Source: an uncultured Acidobacteriota bacterium (lineage in GTDB: Bacteria; Acidobacteriota; UBA6911). From it: a DNA stretch of 64,000 nt. Each line of letters begins with the position of its first letter. The first letter of the stretch is position 1. This document shows, piece by piece, positions 38,893 to 49,247 of the stretch. Below the pieces are notes generated by a model. It saw only the letters and a list, made by a program, of their open reading frames with translations. It made no database searches and was not told the DNA's origin. The translations under genes were made by a program, and so were the position numbers. The stretch spans positions 89,443 through 153,442 of the forward strand of contig CAWEJX010000009.1 in the NCBI GenBank assembly GCA_963809485.1, given 5' to 3'.

Positions 38893-39693
38893 GCGCCTCT
38901 CGGAAATACCTGGTATGACTCACTGCAAATCAAGGTCACCAAGCGCTATTCCCATGGACTCGACCTCACCAGCGGATTCACCTGGCAGAAAGAACCCATG
39001 AGGGGTTCGGAAATGGAGTTCATGGCGCCCTGGATCACCGTCGCCGTCAACGACGTGTTCGACCGCGCCATCAACAAATACATCTCCGGCTACTCCCGTC
39101 CCTTCACGTTTTTTGCGGCGGCGAACTACACGGTGCCCACACTCCACGGGAACAAGGCGCTTTCCTGGACGCTGCGGGACTGGACCATCGGCGCCGTTTT
39201 GCAGTATGTGAGCGGAATGCCGATCCGAGTCCCGATCGCGCAGAACCAGCTCAGCACGCTGCTGTTCAGAAACACTTTCGCAAACCGTGCCCCGGGCGAA
39301 GACCTATGGACGACGGATATCAACTGCCACAACTGCCTCGATCCATCCCAGGATTTTGTGCTGAATCCCAAAGCCTGGGCGGATCCGCCGGATTGCCATT
39401 TTGGAGTCTCCGCCGCTTATTACACCGACTACCGCCAGATGCGCCGTCCCTCGGAAGCCATGAGCATCGGGAGGATCTTCAGGATCAAGGAAGGCGTTCA
39501 GTTCAGTATCCGGGCGGACTTCCAGAACATTTTCAACCGGACTTTCATTGTCAATCCGTCTTCGACCAATGCTAAGCAAACGCAAGTGCGCAATCCCAGC
39601 AGCGGCATGCCGGTTTCAGGTTTCGGATACATCGACACTTCCACAGGCACTTCGCCGCGCCAGGGCATTATCGTCGGCCGGATCATGTTTTAG
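38893..39693 (+). pseudogene. C-terminal remnant of an Oar-type TonB-dependent outer-membrane receptor
   Basis: The frame of ORF 38998 extends upstream as APLGNTWYDSLQIKVTKRYSHGLDLTSGFTWQK; 'IRADFQNIFN', ends 'PRQGIIVGRIMF' with terminal Phe; plug and most of the barrel are missing. Confidence 0.75.
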
Positions 39694-40581
39694 CTGCCGG
39701 ATCCATCCCGTCCGGCGCCCTCCTATCCGGCAGGAGAGCGCCGGGCGGCAGCCTTTGTGTCAAATAGTAATGCCGGAAATACAGGCTTTAAATAGCTTCA
39801 CTCCTGAGGCACCCGGGCCGGCGGAAGGGGCCGCCCGGGTGGGATTTCCTTTTTCAAAGCTTACAGGGGATCGCCAGGAATGCCCGGGAGCTTGGATACA
39901 ACGGGAAATGACATCAGCAATCTGTACTCAGTCAAATGCGCCACCCAATTTCTCCGGGTTCTCGGCTTTGGACGATCCCGTCAAGACCGCAAACAGAGCT
40001 TTCAGCGAGACCTGTTCGTGTGAATCGTTTGTTCTAAGTCCTTTTATGCAGCCACTCGATCCCGGGAGATCGGGAGCATGCTGAGTGGCATCCCCGGCGT
40101 TCCGGATCTCCTCCTCCCGAATCCGGAACGCCGGGATTCTCCCTACGAAACAATCTGCCAGGAAATCCGCTTCAGACGAGCGTTGAGCTTCCCTTTATTG
40201 GCAGGCTTGCCAGTTACGGAATGGCTACAACGGAAGGAGGAAATGTGTCCTGTGACGCAGCTCCGCTCATTCTTATCCATTGATACATCGGGCCCCGATT
40301 TCGGCTCCCGGGAGCAGATTGGGTTTTCAGCATGGGCCCGCCAAAGTATATTCCGGCATTCTTCACCCCCCGCTGAGTGTTAAGATGGTTGACATACGGT
40401 TCATGGAGCCCAAATCAAAAGAGTTCCAAAATTGGGACTCAGGCATGAGCATTTCCGGGAGGGGGTAAAGGCACCATGCAAGGATGTCTTCCTCAATACG
40501 GAGTCGCCGGCAAAATTAAAGCAGCGATTCTGCCCTGCCCAAAAGCAGTCCATTATCAGAGTCCACTTTAGGAAAGGAGGG

Positions 40582-41289
40582 ATGGCAATGGCAGGTTCCC
40601 CACGATTTCCATTCCATTTGGCCGGTCTTATGCCGGTTTGCCTGGTCTGGATTTTGCTCTCCCAGGCAACCGCTGCAACCCTGAGAATTGGCGAGCACGG
40701 AGCCCATCTGTATTTGAACAAAGACGCTGCAAGCGAAAAGATCGCCACCCTTCAACCGGGAGAGGAAGTAATCCCAATCCTGCAGATAGTCGGACAGGAT
40801 GCATGGTACCGGGTTAAAACCAGGGAAGGCCGCGTGGGATGGCTAAAAGCCTCCGAAGTAGCGAGAGTTGAGGAGGAAGAAGAAGAAATATCCGTGAATG
40901 CCAACGAATCCGTTGTTCGCTTCGCTTCCGGTTCAACCTGGAGTGCCCGCACACGCGACGGCAAATTGTTCGGCGGCACATGGACCGGCGCTATAGATCG
41001 CGCAAAGGGCACGGCCTCCGGCAGTTGGACTCTGAAAGACGCAGCGGGCCGGGATATTTTGCGCGGGACCTGGTCCGCCAACAAGCTGGAGCAGGAATGG
41101 AAAGGCGCGTGGCGCGCGCTGATCGTTGGGCATGAAGGGGAGCGATCCGGAACCTGGGATGCTGCGATTCAGATCCCCTCCAATGCATCGCTGGCCGAGA
41201 TGTTCGAGAAGGCGGTGAGTCAGACAGTCAGCGGCCAATGGCAGACTGCCGGTCAGGCGGGCAGCTGGTCCATCATCGCAGTTCGATGA
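40582..41289 (+). CDS. Exported SH3-domain protein
   Basis: AAGGAGG RBS, signal peptide, 'WYRVKT..GRVGWL' bacterial SH3 motif, C-terminal GxW repeats. Confidence 0.7.
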   Translation: MAMAGSPRFPFHLAGLMPVCLVWILLSQATAATLRIGEHGAHLYLNKDAASEKIATLQPGEEVIPILQIVGQDAWYRVKTREGRVGWLKASEVARVEEEEEEISVNANESVVRFASGSTWSARTRDGKLFGGTWTGAIDRAKGTASGSWTLKDAAGRDILRGTWSANKLEQEWKGAWRALIVGHEGERSGTWDAAIQIPSNASLAEMFEKAVSQTVSGQWQTAGQAGSWSIIAVR

Positions 41290-41812
41290 GCCGTTTTGGA
41301 TCCGGGCGCTTCGGAAACACCATGAACCCCGCCTGCTTCAGCCGCTTGCGTACGCTGAAAGGAGCCGATGACGGGCACCCTTTACTATCAGCGTCTATAT
41401 GCGCTTTTGTCCGCACATATCGTTGTTCCCGGATTCCGGTGCCATTAAATCCGGTGACATCCCCCAAATATAGGAATTAGCATCTGACGCTTATGGGCAT
41501 GCTGTTTACACCGGGGATTTGGTGTTGATTTGCCCAGGTCGGGGGATGATAATAGCGCCATCCTCATTCATTTTCTGCATTGGATGGGGGATGGACATCC
41601 GCTTCCCAGGCGTTGTGCCTTTTGCACCGATCATTCGCGTTTCAGCGGTTCCGGCTTAAGCAGCTTGGAGCAATAGGCTCATTCCGGGCGGATGAAATAG
41701 CCCGGCCGGCGAAATGACCGGGAAATAAAAAATGATCAAATTGGATGAATCCGATGCCTTCCTTGAGAAGTATGGATCGGGTTCCATCGCAGCTTGAAAT
41801 GCAGGAGGAGAA

Positions 41813-42226
41813 ATGCGTCGAATAATGCTTGCGTTTATTTTGCTCTGTTTCGTCCAGGCATATGCCAAGGACCCCGTTCCGGAGGCGCTTTTGAATGCGA
41901 AGACTGCTCTCGTCAAGAATGGAGGAGCTTCGGAGAAAGATTTCAACAAGCTCAACGAATCTCTGAAGAAGTGGGGGCGCTTTGATCTCGTGGAGGACAG
42001 GAAGAGCGCCGATATTGTTATCACGCTCAGTACGGGGCTCGGCGTTCGAAACATGGAAAGGCCCGGGGGAAGCGGCGCTGTCCAAAGTCTCCAGGTGCAG
42101 GTAAATTACCTCAGCATTACCAGTGCGCGCGATGACAGCAAACTGTGGGACGACGAAACCCCCGGCTATGAGAAAAACCCCGATATTCTTGTCTCCAGCC
42201 TCAAACGCAAGCTGAAGAAGAAATAG
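41813..42226 (+). CDS. Hypothetical exported protein
   Basis: AGGAGGAG RBS, signal peptide, 'LKKWGRFDLVEDRKSADIVI'. Confidence 0.7.
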   Translation: MRRIMLAFILLCFVQAYAKDPVPEALLNAKTALVKNGGASEKDFNKLNESLKKWGRFDLVEDRKSADIVITLSTGLGVRNMERPGGSGAVQSLQVQVNYLSITSARDDSKLWDDETPGYEKNPDILVSSLKRKLKKK

Positions 42227-42625
42227 GTAGTAGCGCGGTGTGCCCCGATACCGCATTCGGGCTGAAGTACAAAGATACGGACCTGCTCCGCGTTTCACCA
42301 TGGCACGCAGCCGGCCTATGCAGCCATACATCGATGGGTCCGGGCGGATTCCCTATAAGCAATACCGGTTTTAGCCGTCGACGGTCGACTTCGAATTGGC
42401 CCGCAGACCACAACCATGAGAGAGGGCGCGATTATTCTGCATTCGCCTATGCAGCCTGAAGAGAGGATAGAAAAATTCAACATTCCTTGCTTCAACCTGT
42501 AGTAGTATTGCAGCCAGAGAGTAAGGAAAGCCGGCATCGTGGAACTGATCAGAAGGTGAAACGGCTCGACAGATGGAGGATTTTGGAGAGGGAGCTTTGT
42601 TTTGCTTGTCGTGCTGAAACGGATC

Positions 42626-43028
42626 AGTCAGGCACCTCCGGCCAAGCCGGAGGCTTGAAAGATTTGAACCGCTCAAAGCGGTTGGAGGAGTTATGCCGGT
42701 CTTGAACGCTGACTTACGCGGGCAAAAGCCGATGAGGCGCTTCCGATCCCCGCAGGAGCCAGCGCTCCGCGCTGGACAGTTTTCTGCGGCGGCACTGTGG
42801 CAAGCGCCGTGCGGCAAGGAGATGAAGGGTATGAGAAACCGGGCGTTTGCCACAGTGCCGCCGCAGAAAACTCCATCGGAAGCGCCTCATCGGCTTTTGC
42901 TCGCTGACCCTCGCCGAACAAATCGGCGTTTGTCAGCGCTTTTTTCAGCGTATCTCAGCGTTTCAAAGTACGCAGCTGTCAAACTCTTTGAGTCCCCCGG
43001 CAGAGCCGGGGGTTTACCAATGTAATTA
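42626..43028. mobile_element. 403-bp element family, copy 6
   Basis: Full length from AGTCAGG to GTAATTA with both terminal hairpins intact. Confidence 0.85.
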
Positions 43029-43096
43029 CAGTCTGGTCCCGTTGTATTGCTATTTTATGCCGTTAATACCGAAGATAACGATCAGGAGGATTCAAA

Positions 43097-43588
43097 ATGG
43101 CCAAGAACAAGTACGGGAAGTACATAATCAAGGAACCGTTGGAAAAGGGAAGGGCGCCTTCGCTCCACATATGCGCTGAAAAAGGTTGTCTTGGAGCTCA
43201 GTTCCCCGGTTTCCCGGTTGAAGTCCAGCTGCTCACCGTCACCCAACCGATCTCATTTCCCCATCCGACCCACGCCCACGATGGCGACGAAATCTTTTTC
43301 ATCTTCGGCAGCAATCCCAAGAATTACTACGATTTCGACGCCGAAATCGAGATACATTTGGGCAAGGAGAAGGAAAAACATATTGTAAATTCGACATCTA
43401 TTGTCTACGTTCCCAAGGGATTAATGCATGCCCCGATTGCCATTAAAAAGGTAAACAAACCTTTTCAGTGGATGCATGTGCTCTTCAGCCCCAAATATGA
43501 CATGACAGTAGGCGACGTCACGCAGCATCCTTCGCACCCCCGTGCGAAATACACGGCTGCGGAGATAAAGAAGCTGAAGAAAGGCTAG
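43097..43588 (+). CDS. Single-domain cupin-like protein, paralogous to the repeats of 37597..38682
   Basis: 'KYGKYI', HAHDGDE, 'AEIEIHLG.EKEKH', 'YVPKGLMHAP'; AGGAGG RBS. Confidence 0.78.
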   Translation: MAKNKYGKYIIKEPLEKGRAPSLHICAEKGCLGAQFPGFPVEVQLLTVTQPISFPHPTHAHDGDEIFFIFGSNPKNYYDFDAEIEIHLGKEKEKHIVNSTSIVYVPKGLMHAPIAIKKVNKPFQWMHVLFSPKYDMTVGDVTQHPSHPRAKYTAAEIKKLKKG

Positions 43589-44137
43589 TTCGCGGCAGGG
43601 GAGGATTATTTCCAAGATCAGGGTTCATCCGGAAAGGCGTTAGCCTGCCCAAAGTTCCAGGTGCGCCCGCTAGAATTATGAGTTGCTGATTTGCCCTGTC
43701 GCAATAACAATTCGAATTTGCTCGGAATGCGTGTATCGCCACAGTCCTGTATTATGAAGCTTTTGCGATGAAGCAGCCCAAATCAATTGCCTTCGGATCC
43801 ACCAACTCTCCCTTAACAGAGCGGTGGAGGATACCGCTGATCAGTGTTTGATAGGGCATTCCAAGCCGGTCCGTTCCAGACCTCAGATCTGCAAGCACTG
43901 TTCCGTCCAGCCGGATGCTGTCGGAATTTTGGCTGCATCCGAGTCCACCTTCACTTTCCCCGGACGTTTTCTGAGCCTGTTGAGGCTATATTCCCTTTTC
44001 ATAGTCTCTCATCTCTCGAGGGGTCTCCGCCCCGTGCCAGTATCCAGGGTGAATCCCGCCGCATGGAGTAAACTTTCTGCTGCGGGCAAACCATCGATAG
44101 CACCTCGAGGTCTATTCCGTTTGTTTTCGTGTGCATG

Positions 44138-44433
44138 GTTATACTGGGACTGGGCTTCGGCGCCGCGATGGCTTCCACGATGAATATTTCCCTCAACTAC
44201 TTCGGAATTGCGGGCTATCCCAAAATCATGGGCACCGCCAGGATGTTCCGGGCGTTTGTCGGCGGAGCGGGCGCGCCGCTGGCATGATATGTCCGCGATA
44301 CGGTCGGCAGCTATCTGCCCGCCTTCCACCTGGCCATCGCGGTAGTCATCATCGGCCTGAATTTCCTCATCTACGCCACACCGCCCCTCCATCCATTGCT
44401 TAAGGAGAAATCCGTGCAGGCACAGCCTGCATA
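44138..44433 (+). pseudogene. C-terminal remnant of an MFS transporter paralogous to the convergent neighbour
   Basis: VILGLGFG...NYFGIAGYPKIMG...GAPLA*YVRDTVGSYL... aligns with IVGIGFG...LYFGKTHYPKIMG...GSPLTGWIRDITGNYL of 44548..45849; in-frame TGA, 5' part missing. Confidence 0.75.
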
Positions 44434-44547
44434 GCTGCCCTTATGTTGCCTTCAACGCCGGAAATGTCGTCCGGGCAGCAGCGGATGTCCGCATGGTTGG
44501 ACCATGGATTCTAAATGGCCGGAAACCAAGGGCACGTTCCCGCCAAT

Positions 44548-45849
44548 TTATGCGGCCATTGGCTTCACCGGATCTTTCCGCAGAGAGGGGTGAACCGGTA
44601 CACGGGCGAGCAAAAGGGATACGAGGCCGATCACCAGGATAAGAATCGCGACTTTCCAGGCCAGCAGGTAATTGCCCGTAATGTCGCGAATCCATCCGGT
44701 GAGGGGCGATCCGAAGCTTCCAACGACGGTGAAGAACGGCATGGCAAATCCCATGATTTTGGGGTAATGCGTTTTGCCGAAATATAAGGGAATGCTGTTC
44801 ATGACAGCTACCCATGTGGCGCCAAAGCCTATTCCAACAATCGCATTATAAATAAAAACCATCGGCAGGGTTTGGGTCCACAGAATCAGCGCCATGCCGC
44901 CAATCAACAGAATCATGGACAGAGTCGCCAGCGTCCGCGTGGAATATCTCAGCCCGAGAAATCCCATTCCCAGTCTGCCGATGACGCTGATCCCGACAAA
45001 TACGCTGTATGCATTGGCAGCCATGGCGGAAGATATTTTCATATCGAGAAGAAAAGCCAACTGATGCTGCATAAAGCCCTGCATGCCGACCGTAAACGCT
45101 GTGCCAAAAATCGTCAGATACCAGAATGCCGGAGTGCGAAGAGCCTCCGCTGCCGTGAAATCCACTGGCGTCGAGTGGAGGTTTGCCGCGGAGGATTTTC
45201 GGGCATCCTTGTCCGGGTTCAGGCCGCCGTCGGGCAGCTGTCCCAGGTCCTCAGGCCTGTTCCTGACCCACAGCGCGGGCAGGAGGACGAGCAATAAAGC
45301 CGTAAGGCCGGCTATCGCCAGATAGGCATTGCGCCATCCGAAGCGGTTGATCAGCGCCATTATGAAAGGGACCATGACAAGGCCCCCGACGCCTCCTGCT
45401 GCCAGGAGAATGCTTAGCGCCAGGGATCTTTTCCTTATAAACCAATTGTTGGCGATGGTGGTCATGGCCAGGATGCCGCCGAGGCAACCACCTAATCCGA
45501 AAAATAGGCCGTATGCTAGATAAAGCTGCCACAGGCGCATGTGGAAGCTGGCAAAAACAAAGCATACGATGCATAGAAGGTTTCCGATAACAATGGCCCG
45601 TCTGGCCCCATACCGCGCGATGAATGCGCCCGCCAGCGGGCTTGCAATGCCGGCAACCGCCATGGTCAGGGAGTTTGCCCAGGATACGGAAGCCCTGCTC
45701 CAGCCGAAGGCCTCGCAGAGAAAAGGAAGAAATACGGGAAACGAGTACAGCAGGAGCCCAGTCATTGCAAAATACATGACTGAGGTAATAGACAGAGCTT
45801 TCCAGCCATAAAACTTCACGGGCTCAGCCGATAGGTCGGTCATGGGCAT
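44548..45849 (-). CDS. MFS transporter (OFA/monocarboxylate-like)
   Basis: 'FGWSRA', 'IARYGARR', 'NWFIRKRSLA', 'RNRPEDLGQLPDG', about 12 hydrophobic segments. Confidence 0.9.
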   Translation of the reverse strand: MPMTDLSAEPVKFYGWKALSITSVMYFAMTGLLLYSFPVFLPFLCEAFGWSRASVSWANSLTMAVAGIASPLAGAFIARYGARRAIVIGNLLCIVCFVFASFHMRLWQLYLAYGLFFGLGGCLGGILAMTTIANNWFIRKRSLALSILLAAGGVGGLVMVPFIMALINRFGWRNAYLAIAGLTALLLVLLPALWVRNRPEDLGQLPDGGLNPDKDARKSSAANLHSTPVDFTAAEALRTPAFWYLTIFGTAFTVGMQGFMQHQLAFLLDMKISSAMAANAYSVFVGISVIGRLGMGFLGLRYSTRTLATLSMILLIGGMALILWTQTLPMVFIYNAIVGIGFGATWVAVMNSIPLYFGKTHYPKIMGFAMPFFTVVGSFGSPLTGWIRDITGNYLLAWKVAILILVIGLVSLLLARVPVHPSLRKDPVKPMAA

Positions 45850-45993
45850 TTCTCCCGCAGCAGAAAGAAATACAGGATTAGGGTGTATGGTTTTTGAATT
45901 ACCAGCCCTCCCATCATGCACGATTGGCATCGACAGCGCAACGATCCCGGCATGCGATTCTCAATCCGGTCCAATTTTAACAAGCTTGAATCA

Positions 45994-46260
45994 ATGCCGC
46001 GTCCCCTGAGGTTCTGCCACTTATCGACCTTTTATCCGCCCTATGGCTTTAGAGGCGATGCAGTCTATATCTATTATCTCGCGAATAGCCTTGCAGCACA
46101 GGGACATGAAGTCGATATCATTCATTGCGCGGATTCTTACCGCGTGCTGGCAGGGGAACCCACCAGAGATCCCCTGCCGCATCATCCCGCCGTCACAGAG
46201 CATACCCTGCGGAGCCCATTCGGGCCGCTCTCTCCGTTACTGTCACAGCAGACAGGCCGG
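45994..46260 (+). pseudogene. N-terminal fragment of a GT4-like glycosyltransferase
   Basis: 'LRFCHLSTFYPPYGFRGDAVYIYYLANSLAAQGHEVDIIH' matches a GT4 N-terminus; similarity is lost after about 90 codons. Confidence 0.6.
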
Positions 46261-46568
46261 GCCGTCTCGGCCTGCTATCGCGGCGGCGCTTGCACTACAG
46301 ATCTTTGCGCAGCCGGCTCTGCAGCGAATCCTTTTGCGCTGCCGCGTATCGATGTACACTATTTGCGCAATATCGCCATTTTCCAGTCTATGTTTACGGC
46401 GCGTTTCCGGCTCCATATTCATGCGAGGAGAATCATTCGGAACATGAAAAATCGGATCCGACCGGCGAACTCGATCGGTTGTCTGTAGAAAGTATGGGTT
46501 GCCATGAATTGCGAAAGCTCGCATAAAGGCGGCAGATTGAATCCAATGAATCAGCAGGAGCTTAACGA

Positions 46569-49247
46569 ATGAGCAATTCCAATAACGATCCGCCGCGCAC
46601 AATTCCAGACCTCCTTGCAGCCCGGGCTCAATGCTTTCCCGATGCTTCCGCTGTTCTTGCTCCCGGCAGAGCTAGTCTGACCTATGGTCTGCTGTATGAG
46701 ACGATTTGCTCCATCCGCAATCAGCTACAAAACATGGGGGCATCCCGCCGCTCCCGCATCGGGATCGTGCTGCCGAATGGTCCCGAGATGGCGGTGGCAT
46801 TCCTGGCCGTCAGTTCGTGCGCCATTTCAGCACCACTGAATCCGGCCTATAGGAAAAACGAATTCGACTTTTACCTTTCGGACCTCAAGGCAACCGCGTT
46901 GATTGTTCCCGCCGGAAGCGATTCACCGGCAGTCGAGGCGGCAGCGTCCCGGGGAATTCCGATATTGGAATTGATCTCGGCTCCTGACGCGCCTGCAGGC
47001 TGTTTTTCGCTTTCGGAACAATCGCTGGACGGAGCGGAAAACGCAGGCTCGACGTCGGCCGGCGATACCGCGCTTACTCTGCATACTTCCGGCACAACGT
47101 CCCGCCCCAAAATGGTCCCGCTCACGCATCGGAATCTCTGTTTGTCCGCGCTCAATATCGCCCGATGGTTTGCACTTGCCGCATCGGACTGCTGCCTCAA
47201 TATCATGCCGCTATTTCATATCCACGGTCTCATTGGCGCCGTATTGTCGTCCCTGTCGGCGGGTGCAAGCGTGATCTGCACACCGGGACTTGATGTTACA
47301 CGATACTTTGATTGGATGGCGCGATTGTGTCCTTCATGGTATACGGCAGTCCCGACCATGCATCAGGCAATTCTCTATCGCGCCGAGCAGCATAAGGACG
47401 TCCTGATGAATCATCGTTTAAGGTTCATCCGTTCGTGTTCTTCCCCGCTGGCGCCCAATCTGATGGATGGCCTCGAAGCAGCCTTCCGCGTACCCGTGCT
47501 CGAATCGTACGGTATGACGGAAGCCTCGCATCAGATTGCCGGCAATCCCCTTCCCCCGCGAGAGCATAAGGCCAGCTCAGTCGGGCTTGCGGCCGGGCCG
47601 GAAGTAGCGATCATGGACGCAGAAGGAAGTTTATTGCAGCCGGGACAAACCGGCGAAATCGTGCTCCGGGGTGAGACAATCATGTCCGGATATGAAGCGA
47701 ATCCGGAAGCAAACAAAAAGGCGTTCACGAACGGCTGGTTTCGTACGGGGGATGAAGGATATCTCGACGACGAGGGATATCTCTTCATCTCTTCTCGAAT
47801 CAAGGAAATCATCAATCGCGGCGGTGAAAAGATATCGCCACGCGAGATTGACGAAGTTTTACTGCAATACCCGGGCGTATCTCAAGCCGTCACTTTCGCG
47901 GTGCCTCATGTGCAACTCGGTGAGGATGTGGGTGCGGCCGTTGTGCTTAAACCTGGGGCAGATGCCAGTGAATCCGACTTGCGACGATTTGCCGCCGGGC
48001 GTTTGGCCTATTTCAAAGTGCCGCGCGTCGTCCGCATTTTGGAGGAAATTCCCAAGGGTGCAACAGGCAAAATCCAGCGCATCGGAATGTCGGAAAGGCT
48101 GGGATTAGAACCGCTGGACGATGCGGCAATACCCAAAGCGGCATTTCGGGCGCCTCACACTCCTCTGCAGCACGAGCTGTTGCGGATATGGCTCGAGGTT
48201 TTAGCCGCCAGGGATATTGGCGTAGACGACAGCTTCTTCGCAATAGGCGGCGATTCCATTCTCGCAACCACGCTCGTGATCCGGCTTGGGCGCGAAATGG
48301 GGGCAAGGCTGTCGCTGACCGACTTCATGGAGACGCCCACGATTGCCGGCGTGGCGGAAAGAATCGAAACCGCAAAATGCCAAAACGCGGCCGCGCCCGG
48401 TTCCCGGCTTCTGGTTGCCATCCAGCCCAAGGGATCCCGTCCGCCGCTTCTCTGTGCTCCGGGATTGGAGGGAAATCTGATCGGATTTTGGAACCTATCC
48501 CGCCGTCTTGGGGCGGAGCAGCCGATATTTGCTTTTGCGGCTGTCGATACGGAGGTTTCCAATAAGGCTTTATCTATCGAGGGGATGGCAGCAGACTGCA
48601 TTCAGACTCTGCGCGCAAGCAACTTGCCCGGCCCGTATTTTCTCTTAGGAAATTGCTTCGGAGCATATGTGATGTACGAAATGGCCCGCCGGCTTCTCCA
48701 CGACGGCGATGAGGTGGCCCTGCTGATCATGCTGGACTGTTACAATCACGCGTGGAGAAGAAACCTGACGCTCCCGCAGCTGTTCGCGCAGAAGGCCCGA
48801 CATGCGCTCACGCGAACGCGCTTTCACCTTGGCAGACTCGCATCACTGCGAAGCGGGCACCATTACTCCTATCTCCACGAGCACTTCTCAATGCTTAGGG
48901 AGAATCTGCGCGATCGCTGCCTGCAATCCGTTTATGATGCCTGTGTCCGCAGGAAATACCCTCTTCCCCGAATTGCAGCAGATGTCCGCTACGCGAATCG
49001 GAGAGCGGAACGGCTATACAAGCGAAAGCCGTATCCTGGAACAGCCGCCATCATAAAAACAACGGATCCCGCCGGGGGAATATTGCCGGCGCCGTTGAAT
49101 GGATGGCAAGACCTGTTGCGAGGATCGGTAGAGGAGTATGATGTGCCCGGCAGCCACCTGAGAATGCTTGCGGAACCGGCGGTCGATTCGGTCGCCCGGA
49201 TTTTGCGGATCCAGCTTGATACAGCAGCAGCCAAAGAAACGTCCTGA
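46569..49247 (+). CDS. Single-module NRPS-like protein: acyl-CoA-ligase-type adenylation + carrier + thioesterase-like domains
   Basis: LHTSGTTSRPK, YGMTE, WFRTGD, PKGATGK; carrier FFAIGGDSI; alpha/beta hydrolase GNCFG ... GSH. Confidence 0.9.
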   Translation: MSNSNNDPPRTIPDLLAARAQCFPDASAVLAPGRASLTYGLLYETICSIRNQLQNMGASRRSRIGIVLPNGPEMAVAFLAVSSCAISAPLNPAYRKNEFDFYLSDLKATALIVPAGSDSPAVEAAASRGIPILELISAPDAPAGCFSLSEQSLDGAENAGSTSAGDTALTLHTSGTTSRPKMVPLTHRNLCLSALNIARWFALAASDCCLNIMPLFHIHGLIGAVLSSLSAGASVICTPGLDVTRYFDWMARLCPSWYTAVPTMHQAILYRAEQHKDVLMNHRLRFIRSCSSPLAPNLMDGLEAAFRVPVLESYGMTEASHQIAGNPLPPREHKASSVGLAAGPEVAIMDAEGSLLQPGQTGEIVLRGETIMSGYEANPEANKKAFTNGWFRTGDEGYLDDEGYLFISSRIKEIINRGGEKISPREIDEVLLQYPGVSQAVTFAVPHVQLGEDVGAAVVLKPGADASESDLRRFAAGRLAYFKVPRVVRILEEIPKGATGKIQRIGMSERLGLEPLDDAAIPKAAFRAPHTPLQHELLRIWLEVLAARDIGVDDSFFAIGGDSILATTLVIRLGREMGARLSLTDFMETPTIAGVAERIETAKCQNAAAPGSRLLVAIQPKGSRPPLLCAPGLEGNLIGFWNLSRRLGAEQPIFAFAAVDTEVSNKALSIEGMAADCIQTLRASNLPGPYFLLGNCFGAYVMYEMARRLLHDGDEVALLIMLDCYNHAWRRNLTLPQLFAQKARHALTRTRFHLGRLASLRSGHHYSYLHEHFSMLRENLRDRCLQSVYDACVRRKYPLPRIAADVRYANRRAERLYKRKPYPGTAAIIKTTDPAGGILPAPLNGWQDLLRGSVEEYDVPGSHLRMLAEPAVDSVARILRIQLDTAAAKETS

